From: Nostoc sp. PCC 7120 = FACHB-418
GTDB lineage: Bacteria > Cyanobacteriota > Cyanobacteriia > Cyanobacteriales > Nostocaceae
NCBI RefSeq assembly: GCF_000009705.1
Contig: NC_003272.1
Span: forward strand, 6,330,001 to 6,362,000
DNA: 32,000 nt
Reading direction: 5' to 3'
The notes under the pieces were generated by a model. It ran no database searches. It worked only from the letters and a program-made list of their open reading frames with translations, and was not told where the DNA came from. How positions within the stretch are numbered: the stretch's first letter is position 1; each line of letters opens with the position of its first letter. Below, piece after piece: positions 9,047 through 17,195 of the stretch. Made by a program: the position numbers and the translations under genes.

Positions 9047-9585
9047 AACTGAACCGTATTGCGGTATGAGCTATTTTCACTTTAAACCCAGCAATTAGTT
9101 TTCCCAGCCTACTTTGTTAAGAATGGTGCAATTGATTTACTTAACCAATCTCATCAATAATCCAGTATTAAATCAACATAGCCTATTGAATTATATGTAA
9201 TTTGCAGCTTAATATTTTTCATCAAGAAATTCAAATTTTGTTAAAGATTAAGCTCATCCTAAAACAGAAATGATATAGGCTACATGGAGCATCAGCAATG
9301 TGTAGAAAACTACAAACTCATTTAGTAATGAGAATCCGTCTCTAGTTAGATGGTAGCAATGGTAATTAATTTGTTTATTAATTCTAGGCTCATGAATTGC
9401 ATCATACTGCCTCAAAATGTAAGTTCAAAAATTAAGCGTGTTCAATCCTAATAATCCCCAGCCTTGGCTATTAGTATTGACCTCCATTTGTAGGCTGAAA
9501 GGATGTTGATTCAATTGCAAAAATTTGCTGGCTCATGAGAACTAGCAATTTGGATTAGCGTTTCAGGAGGATATGACTAGAATAC

Positions 9586-11814
9586 ATGGCTACAAAATAT
9601 CCTAAATTTAGCCGGGATCTGGCTCAAGATCCGACGACACGTCGAATTTGGTATGCGATCGCCACAGGAAATGACTTTGAAAGTCATGATGGCATGACCG
9701 AGGAAAATCTCTATCAAAAGATTTTCGCCACTCACTTCGGTCATGTTGCCATCATTTTCTTGTGGGCATCAAGTCTGTTGTTCCATGTTGCCTGGCAAGG
9801 TAACTTTGAACAGTGGATTAAAGATCCGCTCCATATTCGCCCCATTGCCCATGCAATTTGGGACCCCCACTTTGGTAAACCAGCCATAGAAGCTTTTAGC
9901 CAAGGTGGTGCTAACTATCCCGTGAATATTGCTTACTCTGGTGTTTATCACTGGTGGTATACCATCGGGATGCGGACGAATAACGACCTCTACCAGGGTT
10001 CAGTTTTCCTGTTGCTGTTAGCAGCCTTATTCCTGTTCGCAGGTTGGCTACACTTGCAACCCAAGTTCCGTCCTAGTTTGACTTGGTTTAAGAGTGCTGA
10101 ACCTCGTCTGAATCACCACTTAGCTGGTTTGTTTGGCGTTAGCTCCTTGGCTTGGGCTGGTCATTTGATTCACGTCGCCATCCCCGAATCTCGTGGGGTT
10201 CATGTGGGCTGGAGAAACTTTCTCACCACTTTGCCTCATCCAGCAGGTTTAACACCATTCTGGACAGGTAACTGGGGTGTTTACGCCCAAAATGCAGATA
10301 CGACCGGGCATATTTTTGGCACATCCCAAGGTGCAGGAACCGCTATTTTGACTTTTTTGGGTGGTTTCCATCCCCAAACAGAGTCTTTATGGTTGACTGA
10401 TATGGCGCATCACCATCTAGCGATCGCTGTCATCTTTATCATCGCCGGGCATATGTACCGGACTAACTTCGGAATTGGTCACAGCATCAAAGAGATGCTT
10501 AACGCCAAACAATTCTTTGGTATCCGCACTGAAGGTCAGTTCAACTTACCCCATCAAGGGTTATACGACACATACAACAACTCTCTACACTTCCAGCTGT
10601 CCATACACTTGGCAGCATTAGGGACTGCATTATCGTTAGTGGCGCAACATATGTACTCGCTGCCGCCTTACGCCTTCATAGCTAAGGACTACACAACACA
10701 AGCGGCGCTATATACCCATCACCAGTACATTGCTGGGTTCTTGATGATTGGTGCGTTTGCCCATGCTGGCATTTTCTGGATACGAGATTACGACCCAGAG
10801 CAAAATCAAGGTAATGTCCTTGACCGCGTATTGAAGCATAAAGAAGCGATTATCTCTCACCTAAGTTGGGTGTCGCTTTTCTTAGGTTTCCATACCCTGG
10901 GAATATACGTTCACAACGATGTTGTAGTTGCCTTTGGCACTCCAGAAAAGCAAATTTTGATTGAGCCAGTGTTTGCTCAATTCATCCAGGCTGCTCATGG
11001 CAAACTGCTTTATGGGATGGATACTTTATTATCTAACCCAGATAGTATTGCTTATACAGCTTGGCCAAACCACGCTAACGTCTGGTTGCCCAACTGGCTA
11101 GACGCGATTAACTCTGGCACTAACTCTTTATTCTTGACCATTGGCCCTGGTGATTTCTTGGTACACCATGCGATCGCTCTCGGCTTGCATACCACCACCT
11201 TGATTTGTGTTAAGGGTGCGTTGGATGCCCGTGGTACTAAGCTGATGCCCGATAAGAAAGACTTCGGCTTTACCTTCCCCTGTGATGGGCCTGGACGGGG
11301 TGGTACTTGCCAAACCTCCTCTTGGGAACAGTCTTTCTATCTGGCTCTCTTCTGGATGTTGAATCTCCTGGGCTGGGTAACTTTTTACTGGCACTGGAAG
11401 CATCTAGGAGTCTGGCAAGGTAATGTTGCTCAGTTTAATGAAAACTCTACATACCTGATGGGTTGGTTCCGTGATTACCTGTGGGCTAACTCTGCTCAGT
11501 TAATTAACGGTTACAATCCCTACGGCACAAATAATTTGTCTGTCTGGGCTTGGATGTTCCTCTTTGGACACCTAGTTTGGGCTACCGGCTTCATGTTCCT
11601 GATTAGCTGGCGTGGCTACTGGCAAGAGTTAATTGAAACTCTGGTTTGGGCGCACGAACGCACGCCATTAGCTAACTTAGTTCGTTGGAAAGATAAGCCT
11701 GTAGCTTTATCTATTGTCCAAGGTTGGTTAGTCGGTTTAGCTCACTTTACTGTTGGTTACATCCTTACCTATGCAGCATTCCTCATCGCCTCAACGGCTG
11801 GTAAATTCGGTTAA
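9586..11814 (+). CDS. psaB: Photosystem I P700 chlorophyll a apoprotein A2 paralogue (orphan PsaB, PsaB2-like)
   Basis: 742-aa ORF, near full-length colinear with PsaB as I recall it. N-terminus: [25 protein letters not shown] loop: [12 protein letters not shown]. Also conserved: [27 protein letters not shown] (P700 His, A0 Met, quinone Trp) and the C-terminal [10 protein letters not shown]. No psaA lies upstream. AGGAGG sits at 9565-9570. Confidence 0.95.
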   Translation: MATKYPKFSRDLAQDPTTRRIWYAIATGNDFESHDGMTEENLYQKIFATHFGHVAIIFLWASSLLFHVAWQGNFEQWIKDPLHIRPIAHAIWDPHFGKPAIEAFSQGGANYPVNIAYSGVYHWWYTIGMRTNNDLYQGSVFLLLLAALFLFAGWLHLQPKFRPSLTWFKSAEPRLNHHLAGLFGVSSLAWAGHLIHVAIPESRGVHVGWRNFLTTLPHPAGLTPFWTGNWGVYAQNADTTGHIFGTSQGAGTAILTFLGGFHPQTESLWLTDMAHHHLAIAVIFIIAGHMYRTNFGIGHSIKEMLNAKQFFGIRTEGQFNLPHQGLYDTYNNSLHFQLSIHLAALGTALSLVAQHMYSLPPYAFIAKDYTTQAALYTHHQYIAGFLMIGAFAHAGIFWIRDYDPEQNQGNVLDRVLKHKEAIISHLSWVSLFLGFHTLGIYVHNDVVVAFGTPEKQILIEPVFAQFIQAAHGKLLYGMDTLLSNPDSIAYTAWPNHANVWLPNWLDAINSGTNSLFLTIGPGDFLVHHAIALGLHTTTLICVKGALDARGTKLMPDKKDFGFTFPCDGPGRGGTCQTSSWEQSFYLALFWMLNLLGWVTFYWHWKHLGVWQGNVAQFNENSTYLMGWFRDYLWANSAQLINGYNPYGTNNLSVWAWMFLFGHLVWATGFMFLISWRGYWQELIETLVWAHERTPLANLVRWKDKPVALSIVQGWLVGLAHFTVGYILTYAAFLIASTAGKFG

Positions 11815-11848
11815 AAAATTTTGATATCCTCTGACCTTAGCCATTGTC

Positions 11849-11884
11849 CCCCTTGATCCTGTTAGGTGAAAAGGGGATTTTTTT
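11849..11884 (+). terminator. Rho-independent terminator candidate downstream of psaB
   Basis: CCCCTT (11849-11854) pairs with AAGGGG (11871-11876) around a 16-nt loop. A T7 tract follows at 11878-11884. It lies 35 nt after the psaB stop. Confidence 0.6.
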
Positions 11885-12161
11885 CTCAAATTTGGCTTAA
11901 ATTTCTAAGAGATGTCGGTGTAAAAGGGTTGTCAAGCAAAAAGTTAAGTATCAGATAACCAGTCAGACCACTATTCAACACATGGTCCATAACAAAAAAC
12001 GTTTCAAATGTACTAATGAGGGTTATTTTTGGAGTAGGGATGGCGACTATAACGGCAGTAAAAATATATCTGCTACTGAGGCTGGTTTACAAAAGCAGTC
12101 TAGAGGCTCGAACTGTTTGTGTTGTGAACTCAGTACAGACAGTTCAGGGCTACTTAAAAGC

Positions 12162-12189
12162 CTACGCTCATCGCTTGCGATGAGCGTAG
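12162..12189 (-). terminator. Perfect 13-bp inverted repeat, candidate terminator for the convergent minus-strand gene
   Basis: CTACGCTCATCGC (12162-12174) and GCGATGAGCGTAG (12177-12189) are exact reverse complements. On the minus strand the hairpin is followed by GCTTTTAAG, a short U tract. It lies about 100 nt downstream of the 12287 stop. Confidence 0.45.
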
Positions 12190-12286
12190 TTAGTTTACCT
12201 TAATCTATTGCCGAATCTACTGCTTATAGACTACGCAAAGTTAGAAACTATTCCTGTTACTTCTATGATCACGATATCAAAGTCAC

Positions 12287-13153
12287 TCAACTTTTTCTGT
12301 GATGTAATCGCTCATCATCTTTATCAATGTCTAATTCCTCACGACGAAGAGTCTCTTCGGCTTCAACTGTATCTCGTTCGACCACTTTATTAATTTTCAC
12401 TTCTTCACGCAAAACTGCTTCCTTGTGAATATCAGGAGTTTCTTCATAAATGTCTACACGAGTCACTTCTCCTTCACGGAAGTCAGCCTCAGCAGGCGAT
12501 ACAGATCTCGCGCCTTCTCCTGGAGTAGTACGTTCAATGATGACCCGTTCTTTCTCAACTGGTACAGAAACTCTTGCTGTCTCATTTTCTACGTGTTTAC
12601 CAACAGAGACTTCTCCAGTCTTAACACGGGATTTATTAGCAACTAAGCGTTCTTCATATAATTTCAGATTTTGGTGATTTCGCTCATTCATATCGTAAAG
12701 ATTTGGTTCCTGTTCATACCTATATGTATTACGATCGTGAGCAACTGAAGGAGCATCTACAGGTGTTGAAGTCTCTAAACGTTCTTGTCTAACTGGAGTA
12801 CGATAAACACCACGCACCTTTTCCTCGTAGTCGTAATCGATTTCTTCCAAATCATTAAAATCTGGTAGATTTTCTACTTGCTCTTTCGTCAGTCCATTAG
12901 CGTACACACGCCGATTAGTGTAATTAAATCGGGAACGCCCAATTGGTAATAATACTTGTCTACCAAAGAACCAAAAACCTGTATCAACCACTAAATACCG
13001 GAAACGACCTGAATCATCTACCAAAATGTGTTTTACAGTGCCAACTTTGTCATTGTCGATGTCTGAATAAACATCAAAATCTTTGATGTTGTAGTTATCA
13101 AATTCAGTATCTCTATAGTCGGCAGCAAACTCTTCTAGTTTGTATAAAGCCAT
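12287..13153 (-). CDS. PRC-barrel + DUF2382 domain stress protein (YsnF/AvaK-like)
   Basis: 288-aa ORF. The N-terminal part (VGTVKHILVDDSGRFRYLVVDTGFWFFGRQVLLPIG) is PRC-barrel-like. The C-terminal part has repeated charged V/E-rich segments (LKLYEERLVANKSRVKTGEVSVGKHVE...VPVEKERVIIER...) typical of DUF2382. A strong SD (GGAGGAAG) lies about 8 nt upstream of the ATG. Confidence 0.8.
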   Translation of the reverse strand: MALYKLEEFAADYRDTEFDNYNIKDFDVYSDIDNDKVGTVKHILVDDSGRFRYLVVDTGFWFFGRQVLLPIGRSRFNYTNRRVYANGLTKEQVENLPDFNDLEEIDYDYEEKVRGVYRTPVRQERLETSTPVDAPSVAHDRNTYRYEQEPNLYDMNERNHQNLKLYEERLVANKSRVKTGEVSVGKHVENETARVSVPVEKERVIIERTTPGEGARSVSPAEADFREGEVTRVDIYEETPDIHKEAVLREEVKINKVVERDTVEAEETLRREELDIDKDDERLHHRKS

Positions 13154-13326
13154 GTTATTCTTCCTCCGAGAGCTATATTTACGATCCTAAAGACTTATCT
13201 TTCTACTTCTTCTTCCTGAAGGCTGAGATAATAGCAATCTTTTTCTATTAAAAGTTGAGGTAAAATTGAGATTGTTAAATATTTCTCAAGCCGAAAATTA
13301 TTTACTGACACCGATTGATTTCACAC

Positions 13327-14277
13327 TTATTGAACATTTTGTTTGTTAATAGGAGATCGCACAATATACTGATTGGCAGGTAAATTCTCTGCTAACGGAT
13401 CTATTTTATTTTTGGCAACTAAAGTTTGGTAAATTAAAGCGCTAACTTCCCCTCTAGTTGTAGGTTTATTGGGATTAAGTACTCTCAGATTGGGATAATT
13501 AACCACTATATTTTCCTGGGTGGCTGCGGCTACGCTACCAATAGCATATTGCGGAATTTTACTAGCATCATCGTAAGTATTAGTCACAAGCAATGATGCA
13601 GGCTTACTAGCTTCTGCTACTTCTTGCTCAGTTGTTAAAGGTGTTGAAGGTGTGGGAACATTAACTGGAGCAGCCTGAGCTTGTGGAATTAATAAAGGCT
13701 GCATCAAACTTGTGATTGCCAGAGGCAAGAAAATCTGTCTTTTTGTGGTTCTGCGTGTAGTTTTTTGGGGAAACACACTCTGTGTAATAGTAGGTTCGGT
13801 AACTGCTTGTGTAGCAGTTAAATTTAAACCTCTATTTAAAGCCACAATAGCCTCAATTCTAGAAACGGGTTGATTAGGACGAAAATAACCATCAGGATAA
13901 CCCGTCATAAATCCTTGTTGATAGGCTTCTTCAATAGGACGAACAGCCCAATGGCTCGTAGGAATATCTTTATATACAGCACCACTTTCTATTTGACGAA
14001 TGGGTTGCTGATCAAAAGCTTTGCGAATAATGGCTGCAAACTCATCCCGATTTACTGGCTGTTTTGGTCGAAATGTTCCATCAGGATACCCAGCCACAAT
14101 ATTTCTTGCAGCTAAACCCTGAATAAATGGCTGCGCCCAGTAACTAGACGGAACGTCACTAAAGGTGGTTACTGGTGAAGATTGGGCATATGTTTCTAAT
14201 GCTCCAATTGCAAGTACTGTCAAATTTAAAGTTAGTAAAGATATACCTGCTGATGCTAACCGCTTTAACTGAGTCAT
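13327..14277 (-). CDS. S-layer homology (SLH) domain-containing secreted protein
   Basis: 316-aa ORF with a signal peptide (…LAIGALETYAQS). Two N-terminal SLH motifs are present (FSDVPSSYWAQPFIQGLAARNIVAGYPDGTFRPKQPVNRDEFA and YKDIPTSHWAVRPIEEAYQQGFMTGYPDGYFRPNQPVSRIEA), plus one C-terminal SLH-like motif. AGGAG lies upstream of the ATG. Confidence 0.85.
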   Translation of the reverse strand: MTQLKRLASAGISLLTLNLTVLAIGALETYAQSSPVTTFSDVPSSYWAQPFIQGLAARNIVAGYPDGTFRPKQPVNRDEFAAIIRKAFDQQPIRQIESGAVYKDIPTSHWAVRPIEEAYQQGFMTGYPDGYFRPNQPVSRIEAIVALNRGLNLTATQAVTEPTITQSVFPQKTTRRTTKRQIFLPLAITSLMQPLLIPQAQAAPVNVPTPSTPLTTEQEVAEASKPASLLVTNTYDDASKIPQYAIGSVAAATQENIVVNYPNLRVLNPNKPTTRGEVSALIYQTLVAKNKIDPLAENLPANQYIVRSPINKQNVQ

Positions 14278-14567
14278 TATGTATAGCTCCTAATCTTAAT
14301 AATTGTATTTTTCTCGTGACTCCATTGTTACTAGTAAATAGTGGATTTTTGGTGGATTCGTGTTTTTTAAAAGTAAATTAATACCACCGACTGAAACCAT
14401 CTTATTTCTTTAGAAGTAATTCACATATAATCAAAAGCTAAGTTCATTAATGGTGAATCAATTATGATAAAAATGCAATGATTATAAGGATACGCATCCA
14501 TAATTGCTCGCATTATAAATAATGTTTCGTTCCAGACAAGTAGAACAAAGTAAATAATTAAAGATTT

Positions 14568-14646
14568 GTAGTGAGAACTAAAGTTCTCTCTGCGAGAGGC
14601 TCCGCGAACAGAAAAGGACTTTAGTCCTTATTACGAACTAAGTCCT
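14568..14646. repeat. Dispersed-repeat-like cluster of short palindromes
   Basis: GAGAACTAAAGTTCTC (14573-14588) and AGGACTTTAGTCCT (14615-14628) are both palindromic. A related ACGAACTAAGTCCT follows at 14633-14646. The motif style (GTAGTGAG.ACTAAAGT..TC) resembles a repeat family common in Nostocales intergenic DNA. Confidence 0.5.
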
Positions 14647-14757
14647 ATTATTTTTACATTGCTTAAGATAGGTTGGTTTTTTCCAGTCGTTATACTTATT
14701 TGACAATTAGGAATATAGCTAATTTATTTAGAGAATTCCATCCAGCTATATGACTAC

Positions 14758-14785
14758 TATTGAACAAACTTAAGTTTGTTCAATA
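14758..14785. promoter_or_regulatory. 28-bp perfect palindrome in a divergent intergenic region (candidate operator or hairpin)
   Basis: TATTGAACAAACTTAAGTTTGTTCAATA is its own reverse complement over all 28 nt. It lies about 185 nt upstream of the DUF389 gene start and about 480 nt from the divergent SLH gene start. Confidence 0.5.
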
Positions 14786-14968
14786 ATCAAATTGGATGAC
14801 TATAGTGTTAATTTAAGCCGAGGAAATAACTCAATATATCCTTCGAGCATAATCTGCTTGATCATAGGCATTGCTGGCGATAATTAAATGTTTTGTTTCA
14901 GGAAATATTTCTTTGGGTAGTAGAGATATTACCTGAAAAAGCAACATGGTTAGCTGTAGGAGGTGAAA

Positions 14969-16258
14969 ATGCGTCAACTTATTATCCAAGTGCCAAGAGG
15001 CAACGGAAAAGCAGTGATTGACATTGCCAAATTCCATAACGGCACAAATTTGGCACGATTTGAAGGGAATGCAGACGAACCAATTGATGTAGTGATAGTT
15101 CATGTTTCTAATCGAGAAGTAGGGAAAGTTATAGAGGAATTGCAAGACTTACCCAAAGTACATATCACGCTGATACCAACTGGTGTGATGGCTTTACAAC
15201 CACCTGCATCGGAAGCACCGCAGCAAGTTGTGGATGTCGAGGAACGTAGCCCGATTGAGATATTGCTCTCTGGTTTGCAGAGTGTAGGCTCTTGGCAAGG
15301 CTTTCTGAGTTATGCCGCACTCGCAGGCTTTGTAGTTTGGATTGGATTATATACAAATACAACTTACTTGCTAGTAGCGGCGATGCTGATTGCGCCATTT
15401 GCAGGCCCGGCAATGAATACAGCCATTGCTACGGCTTGGGGCGATCGCTCACTCTTGGGGCGGAGTATTTTACGATATTTTGCAGCTTTAACCGTCACGA
15501 TTTTTACTACTTGGTTACTTAGCCTCATATTACGGCAAGAAATTCCTACAAGTTTAATGTTAGACAATAGCCAAGTTTCAGCAGTGGCAGTAATTTTACC
15601 ATTAGCTGCCGGAGCAGCAGGGGCGCTTAACTTAGTACAATCAGAACGCAGTAGTTTAGTATCTGGCGCGGCTACAGGAATGTTAGTTGCCGCTTCCTTA
15701 GCCCCACCTGCGGGAATTATCGGTATGGCCAGTGCAATTGGCAGGTGGGATATGGTAATTTCTGGCGTATTTTTGCTGTTCTTGCAACTATGCGGCATCA
15801 ATTTATCGGCTGCTCTCTTGTTCCGTATGTTTGGGCTGTCTGCTCAAGGAACTCGCTATCAGCGCGGTAAAAAACAAGTATTCTTTTCTGCATTGGTAAT
15901 CACTGTCATTACCTTGGCAGGTTTACTCACATGGCAATTTATAAATTCACCTAATCTTCAACGTTCTAGCCTGGCCCAACGTGCTAACGCTCAAGTGCAA
16001 AAAACCGTCGAGCAAGTGGGTTTAGCAAAATTGGTTGAGTCGAATGTGCGCTTTACACGCGCCAACATTGAAGGACAGGAGACTCTACTTTGCGTGATTT
16101 ATGTACAGCGTCAACCACAAGTGACATTATCTAGTGCAGAAATTAGCGATCGCCTCACCCAAGCTATTCAAACTCAATTATTAAAACAAGCTTTTAATGT
16201 CACACCTTTAGTTGATGTCAACGTGCTAGAAACTCCTTTAGAAAATACAGGGGTGTAA
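14969..16258 (+). CDS. DUF389 family integral membrane protein
   Basis: The ORF track starts at GTG 14963, but AGGAGG (14958-14963) overlaps that GTG and sits 5 nt before ATG 14969, so I prefer 14969. A soluble about 90-aa N-terminal domain is followed by multiple TM helices rich in G/A (LIAPFAGPAMNTAIA, AAGAAGALNL, GAATGMLVAASLAPPAGIIG), typical of DUF389/TIGR00341-type proteins as I recall them. Confidence 0.8.
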   Translation: MRQLIIQVPRGNGKAVIDIAKFHNGTNLARFEGNADEPIDVVIVHVSNREVGKVIEELQDLPKVHITLIPTGVMALQPPASEAPQQVVDVEERSPIEILLSGLQSVGSWQGFLSYAALAGFVVWIGLYTNTTYLLVAAMLIAPFAGPAMNTAIATAWGDRSLLGRSILRYFAALTVTIFTTWLLSLILRQEIPTSLMLDNSQVSAVAVILPLAAGAAGALNLVQSERSSLVSGAATGMLVAASLAPPAGIIGMASAIGRWDMVISGVFLLFLQLCGINLSAALLFRMFGLSAQGTRYQRGKKQVFFSALVITVITLAGLLTWQFINSPNLQRSSLAQRANAQVQKTVEQVGLAKLVESNVRFTRANIEGQETLLCVIYVQRQPQVTLSSAEISDRLTQAIQTQLLKQAFNVTPLVDVNVLETPLENTGV

Positions 16259-16295
16259 GCGTATAGGGGTATATGGGGTGTAAGGGAAAAAACTA

Positions 16296-16316
16296 ATGAC
16301 TCATGACTCATGACTA
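16296..16316. repeat. Heptamer tandem repeat ATGACTC/ATGACTC/ATGACTA spanning the channel gene start
   Basis: Three consecutive heptamers place ATGs at 16296, 16303 and 16310 in three different frames. Only the third opens the long ORF. Confidence 0.85.
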
Positions 16317-17116
16317 AGCTTTCAGAGAAACAAGCCCTAGAAAAAGAACGCAGCGAAGTTTTGCAACAGTTGGAAGATTGGCTAGAAACGCCTATGTTGG
16401 TGCTGGGCTTTGCGTGGTTAGCACTATTCATTATTGAGATTATCTGGGGGTTAAATTCTTTACTACAAGCCGTTAGCATTGCTATTTGGATTATTTTTAT
16501 TTTAGATTTTCTACTGAAACTAGCGATCGCTCCTCATAGACCTTCCTATATCAAAAGCAGCTGGCTAACAGTTATTTCTCTGTTTTTGCCTGCACTGCGA
16601 ACTTTTCGGATTATCCGAGTCATCAAAATATTACGAACAGCACGGGCTGTAAGAGGGCTACAACTATTGCGAGTCGTGACTCGTGCTAACCGAGGAATGA
16701 GGGTTTTGGCCGCTAGTGTGAGCCGTCGAGGGTTTGGTTATGTTGTGGTGTTAACAATGATTGTGACTTTACTAGGAGCAGCAGGGATGTATACGTTTGA
16801 GAATGAAGTGCCTGTGGAATCTGGACTGCATAACTATGGCACTGCTTTATGGTGGACAGCAATGCTCATGACCACCATGGGTTCTGAGTATTGGCCGAAA
16901 ACCCCTGAAGGTCGGGTGCTATGTTTTTTCTTGGCGTTGTATGCTTTTGCTGTGTTTGGTTATGTGACTGCAACTCTGGCGACATTCTTTATTGACCGAG
17001 ATGCTGATGATGATGAAGCCGAATTAGCCGGAGCAAAATCTATCGAACTGCTTCAGAGTGAAATTGCAGCATTAAGAGAGGAAATTCAACAATTATTGCA
17101 TCGAAGTTCAAATTAA
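16310..17116 (+). CDS. 6TM voltage-sensor-containing ion channel (KvAP-like fold) with a non-canonical selectivity filter
   Basis: 268-aa ORF. The S4-like helix RTFRIIRVIKILRTARAVR has 7 basic residues at every third position (16598-16654). The pore region YGTALWWTAMLMTTMGSEYWPKTPEGRV is colinear with K+ channel ALWW..TTVGYGD..P, but the filter reads TTMGSEY (16871-16891). An acidic, coiled-coil C-terminal tail follows. Confidence 0.85.
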   Translation: MTKLSEKQALEKERSEVLQQLEDWLETPMLVLGFAWLALFIIEIIWGLNSLLQAVSIAIWIIFILDFLLKLAIAPHRPSYIKSSWLTVISLFLPALRTFRIIRVIKILRTARAVRGLQLLRVVTRANRGMRVLAASVSRRGFGYVVVLTMIVTLLGAAGMYTFENEVPVESGLHNYGTALWWTAMLMTTMGSEYWPKTPEGRVLCFFLALYAFAVFGYVTATLATFFIDRDADDDEAELAGAKSIELLQSEIAALREEIQQLLHRSSN

Positions 17117-17195
17117 TAGACCAAAACCCCTATAACGCTCAAGTGCGTACTTCACGAGATGGTAACGGCAAAGTAGATTCTTAAACTAACGAAAG

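Noticed and set aside
9296-9312. TGTAGAAAACTACA, an NtcA-like GTA...TAC palindrome upstream of psaB.
   Set aside because: The spacer is 6 nt rather than the N8 of the NtcA consensus GTA-N8-TAC, and no properly spaced -10 element was evident.
9573-9605. A 10-codon mini-ORF (ATG 9573, [10 protein letters not shown]-stop) overlapping the psaB start.
   Set aside because: Its ATG is only 2 nt from the AGGAGG SD, which is too close for SD-directed initiation. The canonical PsaB N-terminus MATK... starts at 9586. There is no evidence that it is translated.
11982-12393. ORFs 11982-12203 (+) and 12208-12393 (+) between psaB and the AvaK-like gene.
   Set aside because: They are short with no recognisable motifs. 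The first runs through the 13-bp hairpin. The second overlaps the 3' end of the well-supported minus-strand gene.
15364-15801. A 145-aa antisense ORF inside the DUF389 gene. Related shadow ORFs lie at 15165-15413 and 15292-15522.
   Set aside because: They are shadow frames of a G/A-rich membrane protein gene. They have no start context, and the sense frame has clear family features.
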